Assembly: GCA_965200245.1 (NCBI GenBank)
Contig: CBDATS010000015.1
Span: forward strand, 320,001-384,000
DNA: 64,000 nucleotides
From: a bacterium
Lineage (GTDB): Bacteria > UBA8248
Direction of reading: 5' to 3'
The notes below the pieces were generated by a model. That model did no database searches. It worked only from the letters and a program-made list of their open reading frames with translations, and was not told the DNA's origin. Each line of letters opens with the position of its first letter. The stretch's first letter is position 1. A program made the translations under genes and the position numbers. This document shows, in pieces, positions 1 through 10,200 of the stretch.

Positions 1-399
1 ATATTCGCCGTACCCATCTTCATCTGGATGCTAAGGATGCCCATGACGATTCTGGCCCCGATCATCTTGGTCATCTGTGCGGTGGGCGGATTCTCGCCGA
101 CACAGGACATGTTCGATGTCTATCTCATGTTCATATTCGGCGTTATCGGCTACGTGTTCCGCAAACTCGACTATCCCCTCGCCCCGATGGTACTGGCACT
201 GGTTCTGGGAGGGTTGACAGAGCGCACTTTCCGCCAGAGTATGATCATGAACCACGGGAGCCCCAGCATCTTTTTCGACTTCGCAGGTCATCCCATCGCG
301 GCGGTGTTGATGATGCTTTCCGTCGTCTTGTTCGTCCTGCCGCTCGTGCCTATGATCTTCAAATTCAGGGCCTCGCGGGCGGACACTTCGACCGGATAA
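1..399 (+). CDS. tctA: Tripartite tricarboxylate transporter TctA, C-terminal part (5' truncated by window)
   Basis: Hydrophobic ORF with typical TctA C-terminal motifs (ILVICAVGGF, FGVIGY..RKLDYPLAPMVLALVLG, E..FRQS). Confidence 0.85.
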   Translation: MFAVPIFIWMLRMPMTILAPIILVICAVGGFSPTQDMFDVYLMFIFGVIGYVFRKLDYPLAPMVLALVLGGLTERTFRQSMIMNHGSPSIFFDFAGHPIAAVLMMLSVVLFVLPLVPMIFKFRASRADTSTG

Positions 400-455
400 G
401 CGGAGATTTCGCAGCCGTAACTGTCTGAATCAGGTAGATTTTTCGGCGAACGGTT

Positions 456-1352
456 TCATACGTCCATCGCACAGCGAAAGCCGATATTGAAATTCTTGTA
501 CCAAGGCTCAAAGCCCTCTCTCGCCGAGCACCGCAGACTGTCTTCGATGTAATCCCAGCCGCAGCCCCGTGCAACCTTGGCCGTCCATGCGTAGCCGGCC
601 CTGCGGGGGAGCCAACCCTCGGTGTTCCCGAAGCGTATCTTGTAACTGTCCTCGTCGCGGTGAAGGATTTCGTAGCGTTCTCCGCGCCTGACCTCGCCCA
701 GGTTCAGACTCCCCCCGCCCGGAACGGCGAACACCGGCACCCGCGCCATCGCCACCTCGAAGGTCGGCTTGTCCAGCCCCTGCGGATTCACCGCCGGGCC
801 CGTCTGGTAATAGAACCCGTCGAACCAGTCGGCCACCCACTCGAAAACGTTGCCCGCCATCTGCACGCAATGATAGGGAGAGGCACTTTCAGCGAACTCC
901 TTCACGTTGCTCGGGCAATGAACGTCGGTTTCCGTGCTCGCATAGACGGCCCTCCCGGGAGAGGGTTCGTCCTCCCCCCAGGGATACTTGCGGCCGTCCG
1001 TTCCGCGCGCCGCCTTTTCCCATTCCGCCTCGCTCGGCAGGCGCTTGCCTACCCAGCGGGCATAGGCGTTCGCCTCATCCCAGCTTATGCTGACAATGGG
1101 CTGATCCGGTCCCACGAAATCGTCTCTCGCGAACGAGGGCGGAGCAGGAAACGCTTCGGTTTCCTCGAGGAAGGCGCGGTACTGCGCATTCGTCACGCAG
1201 TATTTGTCGATCCAGAAAGCGTCGAGGGTAACCTCGCGCTGCGGACGCTCATCCGCGTTCCCGATGTCCGAACCCATCAGAAACTTCCCCTCCGGTACGT
1301 ACACCATTGCGGCTTCGTCTTTTCCTTTTCTCATTTCCTGAACTTTGTTCAT
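456..1352 (-). CDS. Formylglycine-generating-enzyme (SUMF1/FGE-sulfatase) domain protein with an SH3-like insert
   Basis: Motifs F.MGS, ERPQREV.LDAFWIDKY.VTN..Y, RLPSEAEWEKAARG, MAGNVFEW, NIGFRC. Confidence 0.85.
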   Translation of the reverse strand: MNKVQEMRKGKDEAAMVYVPEGKFLMGSDIGNADERPQREVTLDAFWIDKYCVTNAQYRAFLEETEAFPAPPSFARDDFVGPDQPIVSISWDEANAYARWVGKRLPSEAEWEKAARGTDGRKYPWGEDEPSPGRAVYASTETDVHCPSNVKEFAESASPYHCVQMAGNVFEWVADWFDGFYYQTGPAVNPQGLDKPTFEVAMARVPVFAVPGGGSLNLGEVRRGERYEILHRDEDSYKIRFGNTEGWLPRRAGYAWTAKVARGCGWDYIEDSLRCSAREGFEPWYKNFNIGFRCAMDV

Positions 1353-1389
1353 CTTCTACTCTTTCGCTTTACGGTTTTCCGGGATAAGC

Positions 1390-1420
1390 AAAAAAGAGCG
1401 GGGCCCCGAAAGGCCCCGCC
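1390..1420 (-). terminator. Probable intrinsic terminator after the oxidoreductase operon
   Basis: GCGGGGCC-ccgaaa-GGCCCCGC hairpin next to an A-run on + (U-run on the minus transcript). Confidence 0.65.
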
Positions 1421-1452
1421 GTAAAACCATCGACACTTGTTTCCTGGAACCG

Positions 1453-2481
1453 TTACTTCTTGCTCGGATCGTTCACCTTGAAAGGAATCACGCCAGGAAC
1501 CATCCAGTCGTCCCACATCTTGTCCACTTCGCTCTGGAAGTATTCGTAGTCTTCCTCTTCAAAGTGGTGGAAACGCCCCTGTGTCTCCAGGTACTCGCGC
1601 ACGGGCTTGCGAGAACGCTTGCCGTATACCTGACGTGCGGAAATGCCCGTGTAGGTGAGTGCTCCGTCCGTCATCTCCCAAAGCGGGAAGAGGCCCGTTT
1701 CCACGGCCAGTTCGCCGAGCTTGTGGGAGTAGAACGGATCATAGTCCCAGCCCTTCGGGCACGGGTCGAGTGTGTGCACGAAGGCGGGGCCCTTCACGGC
1801 CAGCGCCTTGCGTACCTTGTCGATCAAGTCGGCGGGATAGGAAGCGTCGGCCGTTGCTACGTAATTACAGCGCGTGTGACCGACCGCGTACATGGCGGCA
1901 ATATTCTTTTTCCAGCAATCGTGCATGATGCGGAACTTCTTGCCCGGAGGCGTGAACGTCGTGTTGGCACCCCAGGGAGACGCGCCGGAAATCTGGATGT
2001 CCGTGTTCGCATACGATTCGTTGTCGTAGCAAATGATCGCCAGATTGTACTTCGCGTGCATGAGTGCCGCCGATATGGAGGAAACGCCCATGTCGATGCC
2101 GCCGCCGTCGCCGCAGAAGGCGATGACGTTGATGGGTTCTTCTTTCATCTTACCCTTGCGCATCAGCGCGCGCAGGGCCGCCGCCGTTCCCGTCGCCGCA
2201 GAACCCGAAGAGCCCAGCTGCGTGTGCATCCATGGCACGACCCACGGGGTGCTGTAATAGGTGGTGTTCGCCACGTACATGCATCCCGTGCTGCCCAGAA
2301 TGATGGAACGAGGGCCTGCCGCCTTGGCCATGAGACGCATGATGAGCGCACTCTCACAACCCTGGCATGTCCTGTGCCCGCTGGTGAAATATTCTTCCAC
2401 CGCTTTCTGGGGAATGGCGTTCACCTTCCCCATCAAGGGAAGTTCCTGGGTTCCGATGTTGTATTCAGAGGTTTCAGCCAT
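1453..2481 (-). CDS. 2-oxoacid:ferredoxin oxidoreductase TPP-binding beta subunit (oxalate oxidoreductase-like)
   Basis: GHRTCQGC, TGCMY, GDGG...YDNESYANT TPP motif, PCPKGW. Confidence 0.9.
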   Translation of the reverse strand: MAETSEYNIGTQELPLMGKVNAIPQKAVEEYFTSGHRTCQGCESALIMRLMAKAAGPRSIILGSTGCMYVANTTYYSTPWVVPWMHTQLGSSGSAATGTAAALRALMRKGKMKEEPINVIAFCGDGGGIDMGVSSISAALMHAKYNLAIICYDNESYANTDIQISGASPWGANTTFTPPGKKFRIMHDCWKKNIAAMYAVGHTRCNYVATADASYPADLIDKVRKALAVKGPAFVHTLDPCPKGWDYDPFYSHKLGELAVETGLFPLWEMTDGALTYTGISARQVYGKRSRKPVREYLETQGRFHHFEEEDYEYFQSEVDKMWDDWMVPGVIPFKVNDPSKK

Positions 2482-2484
2482 GAT

Positions 2485-3702
2485 TTAGTCCCTCACTCCG
2501 ATCCAGTCGACATTGTTGTCGGCAGTATCGTTCTGGCCCATGGAAATGACCTTGTCAGTCATCAGTTTGACATCTTCGAGCAGTACCTCTCGGCCACCGA
2601 GGCCGCAGACGAACCCTTTCATATGAGGCACTTTGTCCGCTCCGTACATGGCGGCTTTCACTTCATTGAACACTATACCACCATGATAGGGTGAACCAAA
2701 CGAGTAGTCGCGGTCGATGACGCCCACTGCCTTGAAACGCGAGAGTGACGTGCGCAACTCTTCCGTCGGGAAGGGGCGGAACCACTTGAGGCGAACGAGG
2801 CCCACCTTCTTCCCTTCCTTGCGCATTTCGCGGATGGCGACCTTCACCGGCAGGCTGAGTGTCCCCATGCCGCAGAGCACGACATCAGCGTCCTCGGTCA
2901 TGTACTCATCAAGGAAGGGGTCCGTGTCAACGTCAAATATCCTGCAGAAATCGGCATGGGCCTCCTTGAGTACGTCGTATGAATTTTTCGCCGCCTCACT
3001 GCTCTGGCGCCGCACTTCCATGAGCCAGTCTTCGTTTGCCTGAGGGGCGATGGTGATCGGGTTGTCCGGGTGAAGCAGCAGGTCACCCCTGTCGTAGGGC
3101 GGGAGGAACGCGTCGACCTGCTCCTGGCCCGCCAGCCGAACCGTCGCCTGGCTGTGCGTGAGGAACGCGCCGTCCATGGCGATGGCGCAAGGCAAGTACA
3201 CCCTCGGATCCTCCGCCACGCGGTACGCCATGAGGCCGAGCTCGACGACTTCCTGCGCCGTGTCGGGAAAGTTGATCATCCAGCCCAGATCCCGTACGAG
3301 CATTGCGTCGTTATGCTCGGTGCCGAACGCGCCGGGGTCATCAAGCGCGCGGCAGCCGACCAGTGCCACCATGGGTAGGCGCAGGCCCGCCGTAACGGCC
3401 AGTGGCTCCATCGCATAGAGCCAGCCCACACCGCTTGATCCGGTGAACACGCGCGCGCCGCAGGCCGAAGCGTGCTTGACGATCTCGAACTGCCCGTGCT
3501 CACTCTCCGCCGGAATGTAGTCGGCGTCGAATTCACCTTCGGCGATGAATTTCGAGACGTACTGCATCACGGTGTCATACGGCCGGATCGGGTACGCCGT
3601 GATAACATCCACGTCGGCGAGGCGGCACACGTGGGCCATCACCTCGCTTCCGGTGAGGAGATGAACTCCCGCACCTTGCTGTTGTTCGGTAGCTGTCGTC
3701 AT
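2485..3702 (-). CDS. 2-oxoacid:ferredoxin oxidoreductase alpha subunit (oxalate oxidoreductase-like)
   Basis: AYPIRP, ESEH, GARVFTGSSGVG, FRPFP, GLGG motifs. Confidence 0.9.
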   Translation of the reverse strand: MTTATEQQQGAGVHLLTGSEVMAHVCRLADVDVITAYPIRPYDTVMQYVSKFIAEGEFDADYIPAESEHGQFEIVKHASACGARVFTGSSGVGWLYAMEPLAVTAGLRLPMVALVGCRALDDPGAFGTEHNDAMLVRDLGWMINFPDTAQEVVELGLMAYRVAEDPRVYLPCAIAMDGAFLTHSQATVRLAGQEQVDAFLPPYDRGDLLLHPDNPITIAPQANEDWLMEVRRQSSEAAKNSYDVLKEAHADFCRIFDVDTDPFLDEYMTEDADVVLCGMGTLSLPVKVAIREMRKEGKKVGLVRLKWFRPFPTEELRTSLSRFKAVGVIDRDYSFGSPYHGGIVFNEVKAAMYGADKVPHMKGFVCGLGGREVLLEDVKLMTDKVISMGQNDTADNNVDWIGVRD

Positions 3703-3715
3703 CAGTTCGCTCCTA

Positions 3716-4903
3716 TTAAAGCTCTTTGAGAGTTTTGATCCTAGCCGTATCGGGGTTGTGACCCGTCTCGAGACCGATGCCGGAGAATGCCTGGCCCAAA
3801 CCTGTGATCGGGTGGCGACCCTCTATTTTGCCGCTGTCGATCTTCTCGTCCATGTATTTGTCATAATCTTCCTTGTTCTCGTTCCACATCTGCCACTGGC
3901 TGTCGCGTTCCTCAAAGACTACTTCGTTCACCATGGTAATGCAGTCCTTGACCGGACAGATGGCCTCGCATACACCGCATCCGCAACACGCTTCCATGTT
4001 GGCGTCGAAGTAGCCATCCGGCGTGACGTCGAAGCATGTATCCGGGCACGCGATCCAGCACAGCGTGCACTTCGTGCATTTATCGAACGAGACGACCGGG
4101 CGCATGGTGCGCGTCGACCACTTCTTGAAGTAGGGATTCCGCCCCGGCTCGTAGCCGCCCTCCCCGCCTCTGAAGCCCTCGTGACCACCCACGCCGTCGA
4201 TGACAACGCCCTGACGCATCTCGTGCCACTTGAGCAGCTCGAACGTGAAAGGCACTTCGTCGTTCCCCTGACCCGGCTCGATTTCAACCGGGCTCAGGTC
4301 TTCGTACACCTCCCGTGCGGCTTCCACGTGTGTTTCCGAGCCGATATTCTCGCGGATGGCCGACTCGAGGGAAGCGATGGAGCACATGCTCGGTTCGGCC
4401 TTGAGCGCCGCTGCCAGACAGCGTGCATCAGTGCCGTCGTCCTTGTACACCCAAAGACCTGCGAAGCTCGCCTCGCCCGGAATGACCGCAAGTTTGTAGG
4501 GCGTCTCCCTTCGGTGGATGTGTTTGACGAGTTCGTCTTCTTTCTGGTTGGAGGTGACGATCAGCGTGCCACCGGGCTTTGTGACGGCGTTGATGGGCTG
4601 AAGACCGTACCACGCCCAGGATTCCACGCCCTTGCAAAGCGTGTCGTCCACGCAGATGGAGATGTCCACCTGCTTGGGTTCGTACTGCGCCGCCACGGTC
4701 TCGAGTTCTTCCTCGTTGTCCGCGATATATCCGAACTGCTTGGCGGGAATCCCGTTGCGCTCGGGAGAATCGCTGTAGCGACCGAAGGAGATGCCAGGCT
4801 TTCCTTCCTTCACGGCCGCAAGAATCAATGTCCGCGAAATCTTGACCGCAAGGCTTTTCTGAAAAATTCCTCTGTAAATGACTTCAAACGATATCACACT
4901 CAC
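3716..4903 (-). CDS. 2-oxoacid:ferredoxin oxidoreductase fused gamma/delta subunit with 2x[4Fe-4S] ferredoxin domain
   Basis: POR gamma-like N-terminus (YSDSPERNG); CTKCTLCWIACP and CCGCGVCEAICP; GTG start at 4903 chosen from a G-rich SD. Confidence 0.85.
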   Translation of the reverse strand: MSVISFEVIYRGIFQKSLAVKISRTLILAAVKEGKPGISFGRYSDSPERNGIPAKQFGYIADNEEELETVAAQYEPKQVDISICVDDTLCKGVESWAWYGLQPINAVTKPGGTLIVTSNQKEDELVKHIHRRETPYKLAVIPGEASFAGLWVYKDDGTDARCLAAALKAEPSMCSIASLESAIRENIGSETHVEAAREVYEDLSPVEIEPGQGNDEVPFTFELLKWHEMRQGVVIDGVGGHEGFRGGEGGYEPGRNPYFKKWSTRTMRPVVSFDKCTKCTLCWIACPDTCFDVTPDGYFDANMEACCGCGVCEAICPVKDCITMVNEVVFEERDSQWQMWNENKEDYDKYMDEKIDSGKIEGRHPITGLGQAFSGIGLETGHNPDTARIKTLKEL

Positions 4904-5010
4904 ATTCGATACCCCCCACTTTGGAGTTGAAGAAGTTGGCGTTGTAACCGAAAGACGGGATTTCCTCAAATTCGGTTTACACGATTATTGTTTTCCAAAA
5001 TGCTCCTGAT

Positions 5011-5709
5011 TCATCCGGTTTCCACCTCGACGTTTTTTATATGGCTGATCATTTCCGCCACGGCCTTGTTCTGCTCCCTGTTCCTGACGGCATCCAGTAT
5101 TTCCCGGTGGGCCTCCCAGGAGCGGAAGCGCCCCCTTTCGTCACGGCTCAGTGTGCGTTCACGCATTTCGCGCAGAGAGTTGAGCAGCGTGCTGAGCAGA
5201 TGGTGCAAGAACTGATTTCTGGCGGCCTCTGCAAGCCCAAGGTGAAACTGGGTATCTTCTTCGAGACCCAAACCGCCGCCTTCTATCTCATCATACTGTC
5301 GGCGGAGTGTATCATTCAGTTTTTCCAGTTCTGTCTCCGTCGCGCGCTCGGCAGCCAAGGCGGCGATTTGAGGCTCCAGAACCATGCGCGCCTCAAAGAG
5401 GTGGTGGATTCCATTTTCCGCATCGGAGGAGACTTTTTCGGAGATCACATGAACCATGGATACCGGGTTCGCCGTGACGAACGTGCCCTCCCCCTGTCTC
5501 GTCTCCACCAGCCTGGCGGACTCCAGTGCGCGCGCGGCCTCTCGAACCGAATTTCGACCGACGCCGAATTGTTCACAAAGCTCGCGCTCCGAGGGCAGCC
5601 TCTCACCCGGCTGGATTTCGCCCTCCAGGATGAGAGACGTGAATTGAGCGACTATGGCCTCATAGACACGCGTTTTCTTCACCGCCTGTAATTTGACGCT
5701 GCCAACCAC
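5011..5709 (-). CDS. GntR/FadR-family transcriptional regulator
   Basis: PGERLPSERELCEQFGVGRNSVREA wHTH plus FCD domain (D..FH..LAEAARN, H..I). Confidence 0.95.
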   Translation of the reverse strand: MVGSVKLQAVKKTRVYEAIVAQFTSLILEGEIQPGERLPSERELCEQFGVGRNSVREAARALESARLVETRQGEGTFVTANPVSMVHVISEKVSSDAENGIHHLFEARMVLEPQIAALAAERATETELEKLNDTLRRQYDEIEGGGLGLEEDTQFHLGLAEAARNQFLHHLLSTLLNSLREMRERTLSRDERGRFRSWEAHREILDAVRNREQNKAVAEMISHIKNVEVETG

Positions 5710-5761
5710 CTATCAAGCTCCCGCATATGCGCCTCACAGGGAGGCCCATCATCTTATGGGA

Positions 5762-5804
5762 TTGTCCTACCAGTAAACTTGCATCTTTTTCCATGAGGTG
5801 TCAA
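5762..5804 (-). promoter_or_regulatory. Putative sigma70 promoter with overlapping FadR-type operator
   Basis: Minus strand TTGACA-17nt-CAAGTT followed by TGGTAGGACAA, an imperfect TGGT-N3-ACCA palindrome. Confidence 0.5.
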
Positions 5805-6040
5805 CCACAAATGCGCCAAATGAAAGACTGTGGACCGAAAATGTGGAAACCAACAAGATTATTTTCCCTTAATATGTATCATCTGACCCTGATGAAATGT
5901 CCGGCATCAGAAACGAGGTTGCCAACCCCGATGAAACCGCTGCGAGACCCCCACTCCTCGCCTATGCCTGTTCCTGTCAAAATGCTAGGATTTTGTATCT
6001 TCTGTTCCGTGCCACCCGTTCCGATGAAAGAAACAAAACC

Positions 6041-7222
6041 TTGAAGAAATGGCAACTTCTCGCCCTGCTCACCACCGGCCACGCTTGTGAACACTGGTTT
6101 CAGGGCGTCCTGGGACCCGTCATCCCCTACCTGACGGAAGACCTGGGCCTCACGCTCACACAGGTGGGGCTTCTCTTCACGGGCAGAGCCGTAATGAGCG
6201 GCTTGAGCAGCGCGGGAACGGGCTACCTTACCGACGCGTACGGTGGCGGGAAATGGCTGCTCGTCGGGTGCATGGTTTCCGTGGGACTTTTCTACGGCGG
6301 AGCGGGTCTGGCGACGGGGTTTCTTGCACTGGCGCCCATCATTTGGCTAAGCGGCCTGGCGACGCACATCTGGCACCCACCATCAATGGGCTTGCTGGGC
6401 ATGCGCTTCGAGAACCGCAAGGGTTTTGCGCTGGGCGTACATGGCACGGGCGCGAACGTGGGGCAGACGTTGGCTCCCATCATCGCAGGCTATCTGCTTC
6501 TCATCATGAACTGGCGGGGCGTACTGCTGGTGAACACGATTCCGCTTTTCGTCACGGCGATACTGTTGTTGATCTTTCTGGAGCCTTTCCAGATCAGCGG
6601 CAAACAAAAACCCGGTGCTGCCCTCACTCCGCGCAAATTTGCGGATGCTCTCATCAGGAACCCAGGGATGATGGGAGCCTGCGTTTTCTCGGGCGTGCGG
6701 ACGCTGGCGCACAACGTCATCTCTATTTTCCTGCCCATTCTTCTGGTGAGAAAATACGGCGTGGGGCCGAGCACCCTGGGTCTCGCGCTTGGCGTATACT
6801 CGGCGGCATCCATATTTCCCGAAACGATCGTCGGTTATCTCTCCGACAGGATTTCGCGCAAACTGATCCTTTTCGTCGGAATCGCTGCGGGCGGAGTTGC
6901 GCTCTTCCTGATTCCCTACACGGGCACGGGAATTTTACTCTACCTTTGCATCGCATCGGTCGGCATTTTTCTCATCTCCATGCGCTCGGCCGTTTTCGCA
7001 TACGGCTTCGAGGTCAGTCCACCCGAACTGGCAGGCAGTGTTGTCGGCGTTATTTTCACGGCAAATCAGATTTTTGTTAGCCTGGGATTGTTCTTTCTGG
7101 GTATACTGGCTGATGAATATAACCTGGAGTTCGTTTTCGGAGCAATCGGCATCGCATGTCTGGGAAGTCTCGTCGCCTTCTCCTGGTTGCCCAGAACGGT
7201 GGGGAATCCGGCTCCTCACTAG
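6041..7222 (+). CDS. MFS transporter (Fsr-like)
   Basis: About 12 hydrophobic segments, G.LTD.YG, WHPP..G, GYLSDRISRK; TTG start at 6041 inferred. Confidence 0.9.
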   Translation: MKKWQLLALLTTGHACEHWFQGVLGPVIPYLTEDLGLTLTQVGLLFTGRAVMSGLSSAGTGYLTDAYGGGKWLLVGCMVSVGLFYGGAGLATGFLALAPIIWLSGLATHIWHPPSMGLLGMRFENRKGFALGVHGTGANVGQTLAPIIAGYLLLIMNWRGVLLVNTIPLFVTAILLLIFLEPFQISGKQKPGAALTPRKFADALIRNPGMMGACVFSGVRTLAHNVISIFLPILLVRKYGVGPSTLGLALGVYSAASIFPETIVGYLSDRISRKLILFVGIAAGGVALFLIPYTGTGILLYLCIASVGIFLISMRSAVFAYGFEVSPPELAGSVVGVIFTANQIFVSLGLFFLGILADEYNLEFVFGAIGIACLGSLVAFSWLPRTVGNPAPH

Positions 7223-7286
7223 GCGACAGCGAATCCCGGGATATCCGATGCGGTAGTTTTTCATCGTTTGTGCGGGGGGATTTGCT

Positions 7287-10200
7287 ATGAGTGTCCGGAT
7301 TGAAGAGCATCCGGGATTTTCCCATATCGAAAAACTCTTGCCCGGTGGTGCCCCTACTCCCGTGGCGACAGACCTCTTGTCACTGATAGGGGTGACCGAC
7401 TCAGTCGGCGTAATCAGAAATCTGCAGTCGCTGGCCCTTCACCCGGCGTTCCCGCGAAACAATTCAGGGTTTCTCCTCCAGTTACTGTCTTCCCTGCGCG
7501 ACACGTTCGACCCCGAGCGCGCCCTGAGCAACTTCGAGCGCATTTTGGGCACTCGCGAGAATCCGGATGCGCTCCTGAGAACCCTCACCCGCTCAGACGA
7601 TCGCCGGACGGAATTCTTCGCACTTGCAGGCGGAAGCCAGTTCCTGATCGAAACGATCTTGCGGCATCCCCGTTTTCTCGACTGGCTTTTGCGGCCCGCC
7701 ACGCTGAGATCCGTCCGTACCAAAGAAAAAATGGTTTCCGAACTTTGGAAGTGGGTGCGTGAGAATCAGGGTGCGCCCAAAGGGCCGGAAAACGCGATGC
7801 GCCGGTTCCGTCAGCGCGAATATCTGAGAATCGCCGTGCTGGATTTAACACGGCGAGCGTCCCTCATGGAGATCACGACGAACCTCTCATACCTGGCAGA
7901 TGCCTGCCTGGAAGTGGCGATCCGGATCGCCAGGGAGGAAATGGAGCAAAAATACGGCAGGCCCCAACATAAAGGCGCGGACGGGAGGTGGCGAAACACC
8001 GAATTCAGTGTGATAGGTATGGGCAAGCTCGGTGGGCTCGAACTCAACTTCAGTTCGGATATCGACTTGTTGTTCGTATATACATCGGACGAGGGACAAA
8101 CGACCGGGGTCACTGACGCGATTACGGGCCGGACGAAAAGGAGCATCTCCAACCACGAGTTTTTCGCACATCTGTCCAGACGCCTCATCTCCCTGATGGC
8201 GACGAACACCGAAGAGGGCCATGTCTTCCGCATCGATACGCGGCTGCGGCCCGAGGGTTCACAAGGCGCTCTGGCGTACTCGATCAGAAGCTGTGAGGTC
8301 TACTATGAATCCTGGGGTGAGACGTGGGAGCGGCAGGCATTCATCAAGGCCAGGCATTGCGGAGGTTCCGCCGCCTTGAGCGATGACTTCATGACGATGA
8401 TTCGTCCTTTCGTGTACCGGCGGACGATGGACATCAGCGTAATCGAGGAGATCGGCCGCATCAAGGGCCGCATCAACGAAAACCTCAAGGGCGAGGACGC
8501 CGCGACGAGAAACGTGAAACTCGGCGAAGGGGGCATCCGTGAGATCGAGTTCATCACCCAGGCGCTGCAAATCATCTACGGCGGCCGCGAGACACTTCTC
8601 CAGAATCCGGGCACTCTGGAAGGCCTGTCCATCATCGAGGCGCTCGGCCTTCTGCCCGCTCACGAGTGCGACCAGCTTTCGAACGCCTACGTCTTTCTGA
8701 GAGACGTGGAACATCGCGTACAGGTCACCCACGGGCTCCAGACACATGAGGTTCCGACGGACGAGAAAAGCCTGAACGTGCTGGCACGCAAGATGGACTG
8801 CGCTGACAGCAATGAATTGAAGACCCGGCTGGCGTACCACCAGAACAATGTTTCCAGGATTTTCGAGAACATGTTCCGAAATGAAAACGGGGACGAGGAA
8901 ACGAAATCGGCGAGCGGTCCGCCAACACCGGCGCTTACGCTGGAAGATTCGCTCTCCGCCGAGGATCTGGCCTCCTACAATTTCGTGGACCCCGAAGGAG
9001 TGAGCACCCATCTCAAGCTTCTGAGAAACGGCGCGTCGCTCGAACACGTCAGCGCCAAGGCAAAACGCATTTTCGACGAACTCCTTCCCCGTATGCTCTA
9101 TCAAACGCTCGACCTTCCCGAGCCGGACCGGGCCATCGCACACCTGAACAGATTTGTGGAAAAAGGAGGTGGCCGCGAGTCCATTCTGGGTTTCATGGCC
9201 GAGGAGGAAGAATCCCTTGAAATCATTCTCAAGCTCTTCGCTTCGAGCAATTACCTGGCCGAGGTCTTGATTGAACAGCCCGGGCTCTTCGAGACCCTCT
9301 TTCAGAGGGAAACCCTCTCGGGATTACGCTCGGGAAAGGCACTTGCCGAAAATCTGAAAAAAATAACAGATTCGCAAATCTCGACGGAAGAAAAATTCAA
9401 TCGTTTGCACCTGCTCAAAAAAAGCGAGGAACTCGCCATTGGCATCCGAAGCATACTCGGAGAGGCGGACATTCTCGAAACCCTCTCCGCCCTGTCTGCT
9501 CTTGCAGAAACCGTACTCAGGACCGGCTACGAGATCGCCCATCAGAGAATGCTCAAACTTTACGGCGTATCGATGGAGGCCAATAGGGAGACCGAGGCCC
9601 GGTTCGCCATCATCGGTCTCGGCAAGATGGGTAGCGGGGAGATGAACTACGGATCGGACCTCGATCTGATTTTCGTATACAGCGCCGCCGGGAGCACGAA
9701 CGGTCAATTTAACGGAAAGCCCGCCGAATACAGGGCCATCTCGAATCATGAGTTCTACATCAAGCTCGTCACCTGTTTGCGTGATGGCCTCGCCGCCTCC
9801 GCCACGCGGGACCGGACTTATGAAATGGACCTGCGGCTTCGGCCCGAAGGAGAAAAAGGTGCCTTGACGGCCCCGATCGATATATTCAAGGAATACTTCA
9901 AGAACCGGGCTAAAATATGGGAAAAACAATCGCTTACAAGATCAAGATCCGTTGCGGGATCGCAGGAATTCGGTGCGGAATTCATGGCGGTCGTGCATGA
10001 GTTCGTATATGAGCGCGAAGTGCCCACAGATCTCGTCGAACAGGTTCGCCACATGCGGGGACGCATCGAAAACGAACTCTCCCGCGAGGATGAGGCAATC
10101 GCCGACGTCAAGCTCGGTCGCGGAGGAATCATCGACATCGAGTTTTTGACACAGTACCTATTGATTCAAAACGGGGGCGGGTGCCCTGAACTCCGGGTTC

